Below, piece by piece: positions 62,188 to 64,000 of a DNA stretch of 64,000 nucleotides (its first letter is position 1; each line of letters begins with the position of its first letter). A program made the position numbers and the translations under genes. Location: the NCBI GenBank assembly GCA_033442325.1, contig JAWQFM010000004.1, positions 1,937,636-2,001,635 of the forward strand. Direction: 5' to 3'. Under the pieces are notes generated by a model that did not search any database, had not been told where the DNA came from, and worked only from the letters and a program-made list of their open reading frames with translations. The stretch is from Salpingoeca rosetta. Its lineage: Eukaryota; Protista; Choanoflagellata.

Positions 62188-63468
62188 CGTGTTTGTGTGA
62201 TAGCGATTCTGATATCCATTGTGATATCCGATTGTGAAACCGATAGTGATGCGAGGCGTCGTGCGTTGCGTGCTCTCGTTTTTGAATTGAATGCGTCCCC
62301 CTATCGAAAGCGCGCCTTTCTTGTCGTTGTCTTTGTTTGCATACAGCACGGGCTGCTGTCCTCCTAGTGATCACTTGCGTTTCGTGTGTTTTGCGTGCTG
62401 CCCAAGATCTTCCTCTGTCCCTCTTTCTCATCTAATCAAGCATATGCATGCTCATGCTTGCAAGCAACGCTGAATGGCGCTGTGCTTGCGTTTCTGTTGT
62501 CCTTGTTGTTGGTGTTTTTCCCTTCATTCCCTCTTCAATTGCTTCTGACTGCTCCTTGCCTGCCTGCTTTGCTTTGCTTCTGTTTGTTGTCGTCGTCGTA
62601 AGTGCCATTCGTAAGTGGTTTTGTTTGCGCGCGTATTCAACCCCCCAAGGAACAACTAAACAACCCCACGTGAACCGTGATGTGACACTTGATGTGCGCG
62701 TGTGCGTGTGCGTGTGCGTGAATATTGTTTGTGAACACTGATTGCGTCTCTCTTCATTTCTCTCTTCATTTCTCTCTTCCCAGAAACCCCCCCCCCGCCC
62801 CATGACTCGCTGACTGGATTTCTTCCTTCACTCAATTCATCAAATAGCACGTGCACGTGCACGAGAGCGAGCAAGCAACGACCCATGACATGCGAGCGAC
62901 GCTAAACAACAAACTGCGGCAGCAGGAGCAGCCGTTGGATTCGGTAACAACGCGAAACGAGCAGATAAAAGCAAGGGGGAGGGGGGTTGAAAGGGAGAGA
63001 GACGAGAGGGGAAGGGGAAGGGCAGAGAAACAAGTTCATACAAACGCACACACAGAGCAAAGCGTGTTTGTATGCACAGCGGTTGTCAACAGCACACGTG
63101 TACAGGAAAGAGAAACAAAGAGATTACAAATACACACAGGCAACAGAGCACCACGTGCCAACGTAACTCGGCAGTGGGCATAGTGAATGAAAGGCAGCCA
63201 CGCACACACACACATACACACGTGCATGCACAAAGCAGCACAGCAGCCAACCATGAGATATAGCATGAAGAGAGGGGAGAGCTGGAATGAAAGTGGGAGG
63301 CGCGGTGCAAAGTGGGGAGGGGGCGGGACGAGGGAAGAACGGCATCACAAACAAAGAAACAGACAGACACACACACACAGACAGACACAGACAGACACAC
63401 ACACACACACGAAAGGTTGCTGCAGCAACAACCCCAACGCTACCACATCCCCCTCTCCTCCCCAGCCA

Positions 63469-63805
63469 CTAGAAGGTGAGGGTGCGCAGGAGCGAGTAAA
63501 TATCGTCGGCCTCAGCCACCTCCTCGAAAAAGGGGATGAGGTCTCTGAGCGCGGTGTCCGTCGGGTCGTCGATCCACGTCTGTATGGCCACCGCGTTGTT
63601 CGGGTGGTACGCGTACGACGCAGGCGCATTGTCCACAATGATCGTCTCGTCCACGTTCCGCCCAAGCCGTGACAGGTCCTGATGGGCGTTGGGGGGGGGG
63701 GGAATTGGTTGAAGGAGGTGGAGATGTGTGCGAGAGAGTGAGTGAGTGTGGATGTGGAGTGAGTGAGTGTGTCGTGAGCTTGTGTGTGCGTGCGCGGGTG
63801 TGAGA

Positions 63806-63888
<83 letters not shown>

Positions 63889-64000
63889 TCAATCACACAC
63901 GTGCAAGCCCCCCCCCCACACCAACACACCAACATCCCTCCCCTCCACCACCTCCCGTGCGCACCTTGATGAAGACGCCGTGGGACATGACGCAGTGCTC
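63469..64000 (-). CDS. CTD small phosphatase (FCP/SCP, NIF domain), last two exons
   Basis: EHCVMSHGVFIK/DLSRLGRNVDETIIVDNAPASY..HPNNAVAIQTWIDD..DTALRDLIPFFE. Confidence 0.92.

Overview
Intron-rich eukaryotic DNA with (CA)n/(TG)n-filled introns, GT-AG splice sites and three N-gaps. Gene content (myosin VI, MZB1/Canopy-like, TTLL2, NEK8, receptor-type TKL kinase) points to a choanoflagellate, most likely Salpingoeca rosetta (inference from style and homology, not searched). The flanks (0.6-26.5 kb, 53.3-64 kb) are ordinary gene-dense chromosome with tight head-to-head pairs: carboxylesterase tail, myosin VI, SAM methyltransferase, core-1 galactosyltransferase, TTLL2, MYCBP, prefoldin 3, MZB1-like, uL30m, adenylate kinase; then NEK8, thiamine pyrophosphokinase, a NYN-domain protein and a CTD phosphatase. 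The middle (~26.7-53.3 kb) is an accessory mosaic. Two ~1.8 kb direct repeats each carry an intact intronless secreted coiled-coil + 7-blade beta-propeller gene and a divergent first exon ending in a splice donor. Each is followed by different decayed gene cargo: pyruvate carboxylase plus a PARP14-like RRM-KH-macro-WWE-ART gene after the first, a Cu P1B-ATPase after the second. Then come a TKL kinase pseudogene, a 322 bp MITE with a target-site duplication, a block of orphan ORFs and a TERT gene truncated after its TEN domain and TFLY motif. All domain calls are by-eye motif recognition; no searches were run.
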